Shown: positions 38,940-48,727 of the stretch, one piece after another
Position numbering within the stretch: position 1 is the first letter of the stretch
How the letters are laid out: each line of letters starts with the position of its first letter
Source: Eubacteriales bacterium
GTDB lineage: Bacteria; Bacillota; Clostridia; Oscillospirales; CAG-272
NCBI GenBank assembly: GCA_045577755.1
Contig: JAZNJA010000252.1
Span: 14,271 to 78,270, forward strand
Reading direction: 5' to 3'
DNA: 64,000 bases
The notes under the pieces: model-generated
Told to the model about the DNA's origin: nothing
Databases searched by the model: none
What the model saw: the letters and a program-made list of their open reading frames with translations, nothing else
Position numbers and translations under genes: made by a program

Positions 38940-41741
38940 TTATTTCTGGGTGATAACCAGATCGATGGTATCCTCGGTCAGGTTCATGACGTCGGTGGTG
39001 TAGACGGTAAAGGTGATGCTCTGTCCCGCGTCCAGGGTGAACACGTAGGGCATGACCACGCTCTCGGCGGTGAACTCGTCGGCGATCACCAGGTCGGCGT
39101 TCATCTCCCCGTCGGCGGGGGAGATGAGGTAGGTGGCCGCGGTCTGGGCGGTGAAGGTCACGACGGTGCCCGCGCAGAAATTGTTCTCCACGGTGACGTG
39201 GATGGCGTTATCGCCCACCTTCAGGACGCTTCCGTCGGCGGGGGTATCGTCATCGCTGTCGGGCACGTAGGGATCCTCCAGGGTAAACTGAACGTCGGCG
39301 GCGGAGGCACCGTTGTAGACCACGGTGAGGCTGTAATATTCGCTGTAGCGGTCGATCTTCCCGCCCGAGGTGATGGAAGCGGCACCGAAATAGACCGTCA
39401 GATCGGGATCATTCCAGCTGAGGATATAGCTTACGTAGTGGGCCTCGTCAGCGGAACCCCGCAGGAATACGGTATACTCCTTACCGGGGATCATGGTGTG
39501 GGTGTAGGTACCCACGTGGAGGGTGAACTCGTAGGCGATGCGCTCCACCGTGACCTGTACCGTATCCGACCCGGAGGAAGACTTGACCAGGTAGGAGATG
39601 AAGCCGAAGTCAGGAACCGAGATCTGGACCGATTCTGCCCAGGTCTTGCCGCCGTCCACGCTGATCATATCCCCGCTCTGGGCGGTCAGGACAAAGTCGG
39701 AGGCCTCAAACTCGCTGACGTAGCTGTTGACGGTATCTGTCTTTGCGTCGTACACACCCGAGCCCGAGGGCACGAAGCCGAGGTAGGAGACGGTGACGGT
39801 ATCGGTGATATCCTCGGTTCCGTCGTACTCGTAGATGTCTACACTGATGTAGAAGGCGAACTTATCCCCCGCATTCAGGGTGACGGTATGGACGTTGCCG
39901 AGACCGTTCATGGTGCCGGTGCTCTCGTTCCAGATAAAGAAGCGGAAGTAGGGGTTGTTTGCGTGAATCATGTAGGATCCGTCCTGAGCGGCGGTCACGG
40001 CCACGGCCAGATAGGAGCCGTAGGGCGCGGTGACGGTATTCTCGCCCTCCTCAAGGGGGGCGGCCTCCATGGAGACGATATCACAGTCGAAGACGTAGGA
40101 GGGGGCGGTGGTGTTCTCATAGCGGACCGTGAAGGACATGAGCTGGTTGTCCTCGGTGGCGGTGAGGACGATGGAATCCTGCATATAGTCGTTCCAGCAG
40201 AGACCCAGGGTGGAGGAGCTGATCTGGTAGCGGCCTGCCTTGGGGGCGGTGAAGTAGACCGTCACGTCGGCGTTGGTGGGGAGGGTATAGCCCTCAGCCC
40301 GCAGGGAGCTCAGGGTGATCTCGGAGTCGATCTTGGCGACGATGTAGGTGTAATCCATCTTGCCACCCTCGGGCACAGACCAGGGGAAGTAGCGGGACTG
40401 GAGGGAGACGGTGCCGGGCTCGGTGACGTCCATGTAGTACACCTTGGTGTAGATGGGATAGCCGTCCTCGCCCATCTCGCCGATACCGAACTGGACGGTC
40501 TCATGGCTGGTGGAGAAGATCATGTAGCGGCCCGCGGAGGGAGCCTCAAAGGTAATATCCTGGAAAGCGTACCGGAATTCGCCCTCGATGGTCAGGCTTC
40601 CCTGTCCGTTGGAGATAATCATCTCGATGGCGGAGAGCTTATTGCCCGTGATCGTTACGGCGGTATCCTGGGTCACACCGTCCAGCTTGAAGGTATAGAC
40701 GTTGTACTCACCGTCGGGGGTGGGCTTGCCCTCCTGCTTGGCGCCGCGGATCTCCACGATCTCGGCATAGGTGGGAACGGCCACCTTGAAGGTGACGGGG
40801 GTGTTCTCCTTGACGATGAAGGAGCTTGTCACAGAACCGTCGGGGGCGTAGACCGTAACGTACTCGGGAACGGTCACGGTGACGGTGTAGAGGCGGAAGA
40901 CCACGTGGGCGCAGACATCGCAGACGCCGTCCTCCTCGTGACCGCTGTGGGGAGCCTCGTCCTTCTTGACGTCATGGCCGCAGGTGGAGGCGTACCAGTG
41001 GTTGACGCCGTCGGAGGTGAGGGTTTCGGCGAAGGTATGGAAGTGGGGAGGGGTATACCCGCAGATATCGCAGGTGCCGTCGCCCTTCTCGTCGGCGTGG
41101 ACGCTCTTATCGGCAACGGGGATATCGTGGCCGCAGGTGACCTCGCGCCAATGCTCGTCCTCGGTGGTGGTCCAGGAGTCGCTGTAGGTATGCTCGTGGC
41201 CGCCGTTCTCGCCGCAGACGTCGCAGTTACCGTCGTTGTTCTCGTCGGTATGGGGAGTCAGCTCAGAGCCGTCCACGGTGTGACCGCAGGTGGGGGCGTG
41301 CCAGTGGCCCTTCTCGCCCACCGAGACCCAGGCCTCGTCGTAGGTATGGGCATGGTCGTAATCGTAGGTGCAGACGTCGCAGATGGCGTCGTTGTTGGCG
41401 TCGTTGTGCTTGGCCTCGCTGTCCTTGACGTTGTGGCCGCAGGCGGACTTATGCCAGTGGGTGGACTCGTTCCAGGTCCAGCCCTCGTCGTAGGAGTGGG
41501 TATGGTCGGCGATGTAGCCGCAGACGTCGCAGATATCGTTGCCGTCGTTGTCCGTATGGTCGGCGCGGTCGGACTCCAGGTCGGTATGCTCGCAGGTGGC
41601 GGCGTGCCAATGCTGGGCGTTGTCGTAGAGCCAGACCGAATCAAAAGTATGCTCATGGAGAGGCTCCTTACCGCCGTCACAGGCAACAAGGACTGCTGTG
41701 ACAAGGGTCAGAAGGAGGAGCAGAGCGAATACCTTTTTCAT
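38940..41741 (-). CDS. 933-aa lipoprotein with five tandem Cys/His-rich modules followed by repeated beta-sandwich modules
   Basis: Lipobox LVAC and GGAGG RBS. Five modules of about 50 aa: HxH[TS][FY]..W..HW..[TA]C[GE]H..H.D..D..CD[VI]C. Later recurrent ...AP(S/K)AGRY(M/Q)I... modules and one Asp-box-like SVDGGKTW. Confidence 0.75.
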   Translation of the reverse strand: MKKVFALLLLLTLVTAVLVACDGGKEPLHEHTFDSVWLYDNAQHWHAATCEHTDLESDRADHTDNDGNDICDVCGYIADHTHSYDEGWTWNESTHWHKSACGHNVKDSEAKHNDANNDAICDVCTYDYDHAHTYDEAWVSVGEKGHWHAPTCGHTVDGSELTPHTDENNDGNCDVCGENGGHEHTYSDSWTTTEDEHWREVTCGHDIPVADKSVHADEKGDGTCDICGYTPPHFHTFAETLTSDGVNHWYASTCGHDVKKDEAPHSGHEEDGVCDVCAHVVFRLYTVTVTVPEYVTVYAPDGSVTSSFIVKENTPVTFKVAVPTYAEIVEIRGAKQEGKPTPDGEYNVYTFKLDGVTQDTAVTITGNKLSAIEMIISNGQGSLTIEGEFRYAFQDITFEAPSAGRYMIFSTSHETVQFGIGEMGEDGYPIYTKVYYMDVTEPGTVSLQSRYFPWSVPEGGKMDYTYIVAKIDSEITLSSLRAEGYTLPTNADVTVYFTAPKAGRYQISSSTLGLCWNDYMQDSIVLTATEDNQLMSFTVRYENTTAPSYVFDCDIVSMEAAPLEEGENTVTAPYGSYLAVAVTAAQDGSYMIHANNPYFRFFIWNESTGTMNGLGNVHTVTLNAGDKFAFYISVDIYEYDGTEDITDTVTVSYLGFVPSGSGVYDAKTDTVNSYVSEFEASDFVLTAQSGDMISVDGGKTWAESVQISVPDFGFISYLVKSSSGSDTVQVTVERIAYEFTLHVGTYTHTMIPGKEYTVFLRGSADEAHYVSYILSWNDPDLTVYFGAASITSGGKIDRYSEYYSLTVVYNGASAADVQFTLEDPYVPDSDDDTPADGSVLKVGDNAIHVTVENNFCAGTVVTFTAQTAATYLISPADGEMNADLVIADEFTAESVVMPYVFTLDAGQSITFTVYTTDVMNLTEDTIDLVITQK
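40896..41657 (-). repeat. Five tandem coding repeats (about 150 nt each) encoding Cys/His-rich modules
   Basis: aa 29-282 of the 933-aa lipoprotein: HEHTFDSVW...HWHAATCEH...CDVCG; HTHSYDEGW...HWHKSACGH...CDVCT; HAHTYDEAW...HWHAPTCGH...CDVCG; HEHTYSDSW...HWREVTCGH...CDICG; HFHTFAETL...HWYASTCGH...CDVCA. Confidence 0.9.
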
Positions 41742-41769
41742 GTTGGTATACCTCCAAAATTAGGGAAAG

Positions 41770-43368
41770 TTATTTTTCTTTGTAGTAGCCGCAGGCAAAC
41801 AGCCACTGGTCCGCCTCGGCGGCATAGACCGATACCGAGGGGTTGGTCTCCACGAAGCCGTTGCCGTCGAAGAAGAGGAGCTGGTTGACGCTGTACTTCT
41901 GGAGGAACTGCTTGAGCTCCTCGGTGACGGCGGCGACACCGTCGGAGTTGCAGTAATCACCGTAACCGCTCATACCGAAGGCCTCGGTGGGACAGCGGCG
42001 GCAGTCCACGTGGCACTTGTCGCAGGCCTCGGAGCAGGCACCGTTGGCAAAGCCCAGCTTCGCGCTCTCGCACTCATTGTTTTCACGGCAAGGGCAATTG
42101 GTGACGCAGAAGTAGGGGCCGTTGTCACCGGGGGGATCCACCACGAGACCGCCAAAGCCCTCGATGAAGAGCTTGTAGTTCTCGGTGCCGTTCGATACCG
42201 TCAGGGCCTTGTTGCCTCGCATCTCCACGGTGGTGAAGGAGGCGTCCATGAAGCGGCAGGCGGCGGAGACGTAGGCGTAGAGAACGGGGCCGTAGCCGTG
42301 GGTCTCGGGGTACTTGGTTTCGTCGTAGAGGTGGTAGTAATTATCCCCGCCCTCGGAGAGAGGCCAGAGCTTGTAGTTCTTACCGTCGAAGACGTTGGCG
42401 GTATTGGCACCCACGGTCTGGGCAAACTCGGCGCCCACGAACTCGTACTTGCTGCTGTCGTAGTCGGGGGCTCTCTCCAGATGCTCGTCGGAGGGGTACA
42501 TCATCTGCGATTTGGAGAGATTCAGAGAGAACTCGCCGTCCAGAGTGATGGCGAAATAGACCTTGATGGGGTACTGATTGTCGGTGGAGGAGGACAGGAC
42601 GCCGAAGCTGAAGGTGACCTGGCCGCCGTCCGAGATCATCTCGTCGGCGATCTTGACGTCCAGCTTGAAGTTCTTGGTGTAGGTGCCCTCGGCACCGCCG
42701 TCGTCGGCTGTGTGCTGGTACTGCTTGAAGAAGCGGTTGGCTCCGTAGAACTTGGCCTGGGGGTTGACCTTATTCTCAATGGTGTCCATCCAGGATTCCA
42801 CCGAGTAGGTGCCGCTCTTGGGGGGAGCAAATTCAAAGAAGATCTCGTGGGTAGGGCTTGTCAGCTCCACGCAGTACAGGCCCGTATTCTTGATCTCGAT
42901 GGCGTTATAGAGCTGGTCGCCGTTTCCGCGGGTGGTGACGATGCGGTACAGCTCGATCTCCAGATTCCTGTCGTTGTTGGTGGCGTTGTAGACGTTGGGG
43001 TTGTAGGTATAGCCCGCGGGAATGGCGGTGAGGCGGACGCGGTAGTCGCCGTCCAGGCCTCCAACGCGGGCGGTGCCGTCCTTCCCTACGGGTGCGGTAT
43101 GGATGGAGTACCCATCGCTCCATTGTACCGAGATGGGATGCTCCTCCGAAGGGACGTAGACCTCCCCCTCCACCATCAGGGTGACGGTAAACGGATTCTC
43201 GTCAAGATTCCCCTGGGCATCGGTGACGGCTCCCTCGGGGAGAGTCTCCGCGCCTCCCCCGTGGTTATTGCCGGGGAGCTTGACCGCGGGGTTATACTCG
43301 CCGCAGGCTGTCAGCAGGAGGGCTGTGAGCATGAGCAGGGGAAGCAGCGCGCAAAGGATGCGTTTCAT
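41770..43368 (-). CDS. 532-aa lipoprotein with CarboxypepD_reg-like module and Cys-rich C-terminal region
   Basis: Lipobox LTAC. GDYRVRLTAIPAGYTYNP module. C-terminal cluster CVTNCPCRENNECESAKLGFANGACSEACDKCHVDCRRCP. Starts 2 nt after the upstream stop. Confidence 0.72.
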   Translation of the reverse strand: MKRILCALLPLLMLTALLLTACGEYNPAVKLPGNNHGGGAETLPEGAVTDAQGNLDENPFTVTLMVEGEVYVPSEEHPISVQWSDGYSIHTAPVGKDGTARVGGLDGDYRVRLTAIPAGYTYNPNVYNATNNDRNLEIELYRIVTTRGNGDQLYNAIEIKNTGLYCVELTSPTHEIFFEFAPPKSGTYSVESWMDTIENKVNPQAKFYGANRFFKQYQHTADDGGAEGTYTKNFKLDVKIADEMISDGGQVTFSFGVLSSSTDNQYPIKVYFAITLDGEFSLNLSKSQMMYPSDEHLERAPDYDSSKYEFVGAEFAQTVGANTANVFDGKNYKLWPLSEGGDNYYHLYDETKYPETHGYGPVLYAYVSAACRFMDASFTTVEMRGNKALTVSNGTENYKLFIEGFGGLVVDPPGDNGPYFCVTNCPCRENNECESAKLGFANGACSEACDKCHVDCRRCPTEAFGMSGYGDYCNSDGVAAVTEELKQFLQKYSVNQLLFFDGNGFVETNPSVSVYAAEADQWLFACGYYKEK

Positions 43369-43369
43369 A

Positions 43370-46000
43370 TCACTTGATTCCTCCTTTCGCGGGGCTTTTA
43401 CCGAAGAAGCTCTTAATATCGCTCCATTTCAGTTTGCGGATCATGATATCGATGACGTAAAGCGCCACGGCGGCGATCATCAGGGGAGCGACGAAGCGCA
43501 GCACGTAGGTCGCCACCTCCTTATCGTCGTTCTCCAGCGAGGGGATGCTGCCCTCGTAGACGCCACCGCGGTTGCGGATGGCGGCGTGGAGAGAGGCGGG
43601 ATCAAAGACCTCGAAGGCGTTGTACTCGGGGGAATAGCCCACGTGGAAGGCGGCCTCGGACTGAAAGCTCTTATCGGCGTAGGCGTAGGTCACGCTGATG
43701 AGGTACCGGCCGCGAAGGGGGGTCTCGAAGCGGTAGAAGTAGCGGGCGGTATCAAAGGTCAGGCGCTCGGTGACGGCGGAGCCGTCGGGGAGGGTGACCG
43801 TAACGTCGGTGGTGGCGTAGGGATTGAGGACAACGGGTATGATCTCCACCTCGGAGTAGGAGCCGTCGTAGGTGACCTCGATGGAGTAGGGGTAATCCAC
43901 CCGCTCGGCGGGGGTATTGGTCCTCAGAACGTTTTCAAAGAAGCGGTTCCCGCTGTCGTTCTCCCAGGTAACGGCCCAGTCTCCCGTGAAGGCGGAGGTA
44001 AAGCTGGATACGCGGCCGTTTCCGTAGGCCCAGTAGGCATACAGGGGGGCTTCCACGGTATTCCCGCTGGATTTCACGTAATCCACTGTCAGCACCGTGG
44101 TGGCGGAGGCCTTTGCCTTGGCGTAGGCGTAACCCATGACGTCGGGGACCGAGGCGATACCGCTCAGAACCGTGTCGTGCTCCCGTTTGATATGGACAGG
44201 GGTCTGTCCCTCGATGACCGACTGAGTCAGGTCGTCGGCGATCTCCGAGAACATGATCTCCAAGAGGGATTCCTCGGTGATGATCTCGAAGTAGCTTCCG
44301 CCTCCCGCCTCGGCGATGCCCTTCAGGGTAGCTACACCCTCCTCGCGGGCGGCGGGATGGATGACCGAGGTGGTAATGTCGTGGTCCTTCAGTCGGGTCA
44401 CCACGTCGGCGGGGGTATCGCTCTCCAGGGTGTAGGACATACCGTCCGATATGAGCATGATCTGCTTATCGTCGTAGGCCATGTCGATCATGAGGTCGCC
44501 CGCCTTGTCCAGGGCGGTACCGATGACGGTTCCCTGGTAAGGCTGGATGGCGTTGATCTTGGCAGCGATCTCATCCCGATGGATGGCCTTTTCGGGAGAT
44601 TGGAGCACGTTGATCTCGCCCCAGAAGTTGACTACCATGACGTAGTCGTCATCCGAGAGCATATGTAAAAGCTGGATGGCGGCCTGCTTGGCGATCTTGA
44701 GGCGGGAGAAGTTCTGCATACTGCGGGAGGTATCGATTACGATGGCGTAGAGCTTGGGGTCCTGGTCGCTGTTGCCGTACTTAACGGGGAGCATATCCTC
44801 CAGGTCCTTCAGAACGTCGTCGGATTTGTTCTGGATCTTGAGGTCGCCCATGGTGACCAGGGACTTTCCGAAGCGGGAGACCATCTTCTCCACGCCGTCA
44901 ATGAAGGCGGTGTAGTTGTGCAGCTCGCGGATATCCACGTCGGAGATCACGATCTCGTCATACTCGCACAGCTCCTCCACGGTACAAGGGACGGCGGGGT
45001 TTTGGATATAGGGGACGATCTCAGCGCTGTCGCCGTAGAGCTGCCGGGCCTTGGTCAAATCTGCCTCGTCGTTGGACACCAGCAGGACCTTGAGACCCGC
45101 CACGATGGTCTGGGTGAAGTCGTAGGTATTGTTGGACGTGCAGTAGTCTCCGTCAGCGGTGATGGCCACGCGGTAGTCGTAGCGGCCTGTGGAGCCTGTG
45201 GGGAGGTCTACGTAGATGACGTTATAGCCGCGTCGGAGCTTGACAGCCTGATTGCTGACCCGCTCGCCCTCCACGTAGAGCACGGCGATGGCGCCCGTGT
45301 CGTAGCTGGACTGGATCAGCACCTCGGCCTTTGCCTCATGGTCCATGTAGGTGGAGGCGGCGTAGGCCACGTCGGAGATCTGGACCTCCTTCTGATCCTC
45401 GGCCAAGTTATTGTCCAGATAGATGGCGTCGATATAGATATCGTTGGCGTAGACGTTCTCTACAGCCGAGACCAGCTTCCCCGCCGCGTCGGCGTGAGTC
45501 TCCTTACCGTCGGAGATGAGGATCATGCGCTTGATGACCCCTTCTCCGTAGAGGGAGACGGCGTAGTCCAGGGCTTGAGAGATATCGGTGGCGCTGTGGT
45601 CGATACCGCTTCCCTTGACCGAGGGAACTGTCTCGGCATCAAAGTCCGCCAGGAGCTTGACGTCCTTGCCGAAGACCACAACCGCCATTTTGGCATTCTT
45701 GGGGAGCTTTTCCCGTATCTCCGCGATATACTCGTCCACCGCGTCCAGGTTGCGGTTGGCGGAATAGGAGACGTCGGCCACCACCACCACCTGGGTCTCG
45801 GTCATGACGGTGGTATAGACGGTCCCCGCCACGGCGAGGGTGACCAGCACCGAGATGAGGATATGGAGCGCCAGGGAAATGAACACGCTCTTGCTCTTGT
45901 TCTCCTTTCGGATGGCAATGGCAATGGGAATGATCAGAGCCAGGAGCAGGGGAATCGCGAGGAGCAGCAGATAGGGATTATCGAAGCTGATATTTTTCAT
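43370..46000 (-). CDS. Membrane protein with two von Willebrand factor A domains
   Basis: N-terminal TM pair, two MIDAS motifs (VVADVSYS; VIDTSRSM), C-terminal TM helix (FVAPLMIAAVALYVIDIMI). Confidence 0.8.
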   Translation of the reverse strand: MKNISFDNPYLLLLAIPLLLALIIPIAIAIRKENKSKSVFISLALHILISVLVTLAVAGTVYTTVMTETQVVVVADVSYSANRNLDAVDEYIAEIREKLPKNAKMAVVVFGKDVKLLADFDAETVPSVKGSGIDHSATDISQALDYAVSLYGEGVIKRMILISDGKETHADAAGKLVSAVENVYANDIYIDAIYLDNNLAEDQKEVQISDVAYAASTYMDHEAKAEVLIQSSYDTGAIAVLYVEGERVSNQAVKLRRGYNVIYVDLPTGSTGRYDYRVAITADGDYCTSNNTYDFTQTIVAGLKVLLVSNDEADLTKARQLYGDSAEIVPYIQNPAVPCTVEELCEYDEIVISDVDIRELHNYTAFIDGVEKMVSRFGKSLVTMGDLKIQNKSDDVLKDLEDMLPVKYGNSDQDPKLYAIVIDTSRSMQNFSRLKIAKQAAIQLLHMLSDDDYVMVVNFWGEINVLQSPEKAIHRDEIAAKINAIQPYQGTVIGTALDKAGDLMIDMAYDDKQIMLISDGMSYTLESDTPADVVTRLKDHDITTSVIHPAAREEGVATLKGIAEAGGGSYFEIITEESLLEIMFSEIADDLTQSVIEGQTPVHIKREHDTVLSGIASVPDVMGYAYAKAKASATTVLTVDYVKSSGNTVEAPLYAYWAYGNGRVSSFTSAFTGDWAVTWENDSGNRFFENVLRTNTPAERVDYPYSIEVTYDGSYSEVEIIPVVLNPYATTDVTVTLPDGSAVTERLTFDTARYFYRFETPLRGRYLISVTYAYADKSFQSEAAFHVGYSPEYNAFEVFDPASLHAAIRNRGGVYEGSIPSLENDDKEVATYVLRFVAPLMIAAVALYVIDIMIRKLKWSDIKSFFGKSPAKGGIK

Positions 46001-47846
46001 AACAGTACACCATCCAATCTGCCAGGAATATGACGAGGAGCGAAATAAAGAGGATCGTCATGGGATCGAATTTGCCGTCGAAGCCGCCGTCGGTGGCGGT
46101 ACCGGCCAGCAGCACCGAGGCCTCGGTCACGGTGGGGTCACACTCCGCGGGATCCATGGCCGAGAAGATACGGAACTCTCTGGGCGAGCCCGCGACCGTC
46201 ATGGTGACGGTGTAAATGCCCACCTCGCTCAGGCGGATGCTGTCCGAGGCGACGTCGGTCTTGAGGTAGGTGACCTCTCCCGAGGGAGCGTCCACGCGGA
46301 TGCTCTCGCAGTTTGTGATGACATTGACCGTAGCGGACTCGCCGCAGACATAGGTGGTCTTCTCGATCATGTCCGGGAAGGAGTAGGCGAGGAGGTTCCC
46401 TACCATGGCGGGGAAATCGTAAAGCAGCGGGAGGTTGGAGTCGTGGATATCGAAGGCGATGACCGCCTCGCGGTTGCCGTACTCGGTCACGCCCGCAAAG
46501 ACCGCGGGATTGCCCCGGTAGGAAAGGAGGGTGGTGAAATTGCGGTAGAAGCCGCACTTGATATAGCGGGTGACGTAAATGCCGTCTCCCTTGACTCCCT
46601 CAAGGAGAGCACGGGTTGCGGAGGAGGAGGAGGTTGCCGGGGAGAGGGTCTCGGCCTTGCTGAGGGTCACCTCGCCCTGTACGGTGTAGCCCGAGCCCTC
46701 CACGCTCCCCGCTACGTTGACCATCCAGACGGTACCGTCTGTGGGGAGGGTGAGGTTCTTGGGATCCACGGTATCGAAAACGTAGAGGCCGTAGCCGCTT
46801 TGTCCCACGTACTCCTCGGGCTTGACAACCTCCACCGTGGCGTTGAGTTGACTGCGCAGCACCGACTCCAGAAAGAAGGGGCGGTCGCTGACAAGGAGGG
46901 TGCTGTAGGAGTTCTCGCTGGTGACGTTATGGATGAGAAAGCTATTGTCCAGGGGTTGTGCGTCAGTCTGCTCGATCTGCAGTCTAACCGAGGAAAAACC
47001 GTTGGTCCCGACCTCCAAAGTGAAGACGGCAGGCGTACCCGCGGTGACCTGCAGGGTCTCGGTACGGGCAGGAGTCTCGGCGCCGTCCAGGTAGAGGTGG
47101 AGGGTCAGAGCGGCGTCGCTCTCATGGGAGGTGATCTGCCCCGTGACGGCCAGGGTATCCCCAAAGAGGGTATGGGTGACGTCCGAAAGGCTGTAATTGT
47201 CCACGGGGACCGCCACGTTGATGACCTCCATGTTCTCGACGGTGGTATAGGTACTGTCGGTGACGAGGTAGGTCTTGAGGGAGGTGTTCTTGTTGAAGTA
47301 GCCCTGGGCAATTCCGAGGGCATCGGTGAGGCGGAGGGTCCCGCAGGCGGGGGTCAGCTCCTCCAGAAGCAGGAGGGCCTGCTCCTTGTCATCGGTCTTC
47401 TCAAAGATGATCCCCGTGGTATCCCCCGCGTAGACCAGGGTGAAGATACTGCCGTCCACGGCCTCACCGATCCTTTCACGGATGGCGTTCTTTCCCGCCT
47501 CAAAGCGGGTGATGACCTGTCCGTCCTCAGTTCGGCCGGCCTCCATACTCATGCTGCCCGAGCCATCCAGGATGAAGCAGTACTCGTTTGCCGCATTGGG
47601 CACCGTGATGACAGGGTGGGCAACGATCAGGGAGATGAGGGTCACCGCCAGGATCTGCAGGATCAGGCTGATGATACCGGCCAAGGGGCTGGGTCTCCGC
47701 TTGCGCTTGAGGAATCGCTCTGAGAGGATCCACAGGTAAGTCGAGGCCACCGTCTGCTCGGTGTATTTACTTTTGATTATGTAGACCAGGATCAGAATGG
47801 GAATTCCGATCAGGCCGAGTAATCCAAGAGGATAGAGAAAACTCAC
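45978..47846 (-). CDS. BatA-N-terminal-like / VWA domain membrane protein
   Basis: GTG start overlapping the DUF58 stop (GTGA). MSFLYPLGLLGLIGIPILILVYIIK is an aerotolerance-regulator (BatA) type N-terminus. MIDAS ILDGSGSM. C-terminal TM. Confidence 0.78.
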   Translation of the reverse strand: MSFLYPLGLLGLIGIPILILVYIIKSKYTEQTVASTYLWILSERFLKRKRRPSPLAGIISLILQILAVTLISLIVAHPVITVPNAANEYCFILDGSGSMSMEAGRTEDGQVITRFEAGKNAIRERIGEAVDGSIFTLVYAGDTTGIIFEKTDDKEQALLLLEELTPACGTLRLTDALGIAQGYFNKNTSLKTYLVTDSTYTTVENMEVINVAVPVDNYSLSDVTHTLFGDTLAVTGQITSHESDAALTLHLYLDGAETPARTETLQVTAGTPAVFTLEVGTNGFSSVRLQIEQTDAQPLDNSFLIHNVTSENSYSTLLVSDRPFFLESVLRSQLNATVEVVKPEEYVGQSGYGLYVFDTVDPKNLTLPTDGTVWMVNVAGSVEGSGYTVQGEVTLSKAETLSPATSSSSATRALLEGVKGDGIYVTRYIKCGFYRNFTTLLSYRGNPAVFAGVTEYGNREAVIAFDIHDSNLPLLYDFPAMVGNLLAYSFPDMIEKTTYVCGESATVNVITNCESIRVDAPSGEVTYLKTDVASDSIRLSEVGIYTVTMTVAGSPREFRIFSAMDPAECDPTVTEASVLLAGTATDGGFDGKFDPMTILFISLLVIFLADWMVYCYEKYQLR

Positions 47847-48727
47847 TGGAATACCCCCATATTGACTAATTTTTCAAAGAGGACGTCCTGCGGCTTGTCC
47901 TCGGCGGAGACCAGGAGGTAGTCGGCGCCGCGGGCGTTGCAGTAGTCACGGATGCGGCTCGTGGCATACTCCAGAGCCCGCTTGTAGGCCTTGGCGATCT
48001 CACGGTCCACGTCCTTGCGGTAGAAGAGGCCGGGATTCTCGGAATCAAAAAGATGCACCTTGCCTCTGGTCTGAGGTGAAAGCTCACCCATGGACAGAAT
48101 CTGAAGGCAGAAGACGTCCCGGTGCTTCCCGATGAGGTGGTCGATGGCGGCCTCGTAGTCGTTGTCGGTGAGGAAATCCGAGATGATGACCGACAGGCCG
48201 TCGCCATAGCCCACGTTTTCAGGGACGATGGCCTCGCTGATGAAGCTATCGCCGTCAAAGGTGATCTCCTCCAGCTTGTTTATGGAGGACAGGAAGGCTT
48301 CCTTCCCCACCATGCTCCGTATGATCTCGTGGACGGCCTTATCCTTGATGACGTAAATGGACACCTTATCCATCTCGCAGACAGACAGGTAGGCCACGGT
48401 GGCGGCGTAGAGGAGGGCGCGCTCGGCCTTACCGGGGTCGCCGTACTCCATGGAGCGGCTGGCGTCGATATAGATGCGGGTGTGCATCTGGCGCTCGTCC
48501 AGGAACAGCTTCAGGTACAGCTTATCGAAGCGGGCGTAGGCGTTCCAGTCCAGCTTGGTTGTATCGTCCCCGTCCAGGTAGTCGCGGTAGTCGGCGAACT
48601 CACAGGAGGAGCCGTAGGTACGGCTCTTGTGGTTGCCGCCGAACATACCCGCCACGTTGTTCTTCAGGAGCATCTGCAGATTCTCGATCTGGGACAGAAG
48701 CTCCTCGGTGATCTCAAACTTGGCCAT
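47843..48727 (-). CDS. DUF58 domain protein
   Basis: FADYRDYLDGDDTTKLDWNAYARFDKLYLKLF...YIDASRSM is the typical DUF58 core. Follows moxR with a 1-nt overlap. Confidence 0.82.
   Translation of the reverse strand: MAKFEITEELLSQIENLQMLLKNNVAGMFGGNHKSRTYGSSCEFADYRDYLDGDDTTKLDWNAYARFDKLYLKLFLDERQMHTRIYIDASRSMEYGDPGKAERALLYAATVAYLSVCEMDKVSIYVIKDKAVHEIIRSMVGKEAFLSSINKLEEITFDGDSFISEAIVPENVGYGDGLSVIISDFLTDNDYEAAIDHLIGKHRDVFCLQILSMGELSPQTRGKVHLFDSENPGLFYRKDVDREIAKAYKRALEYATSRIRDYCNARGADYLLVSAEDKPQDVLFEKLVNMGVFQ

Noticed and set aside
38391-41888. 1165-aa plus-strand ORF spanning the 343-aa and 933-aa lipoprotein genes
   Set aside because: It crosses two well-supported minus-strand genes and their intergenic gap. 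It is G/V/D/H-rich with low complexity and has no RBS. It is an antisense artefact.
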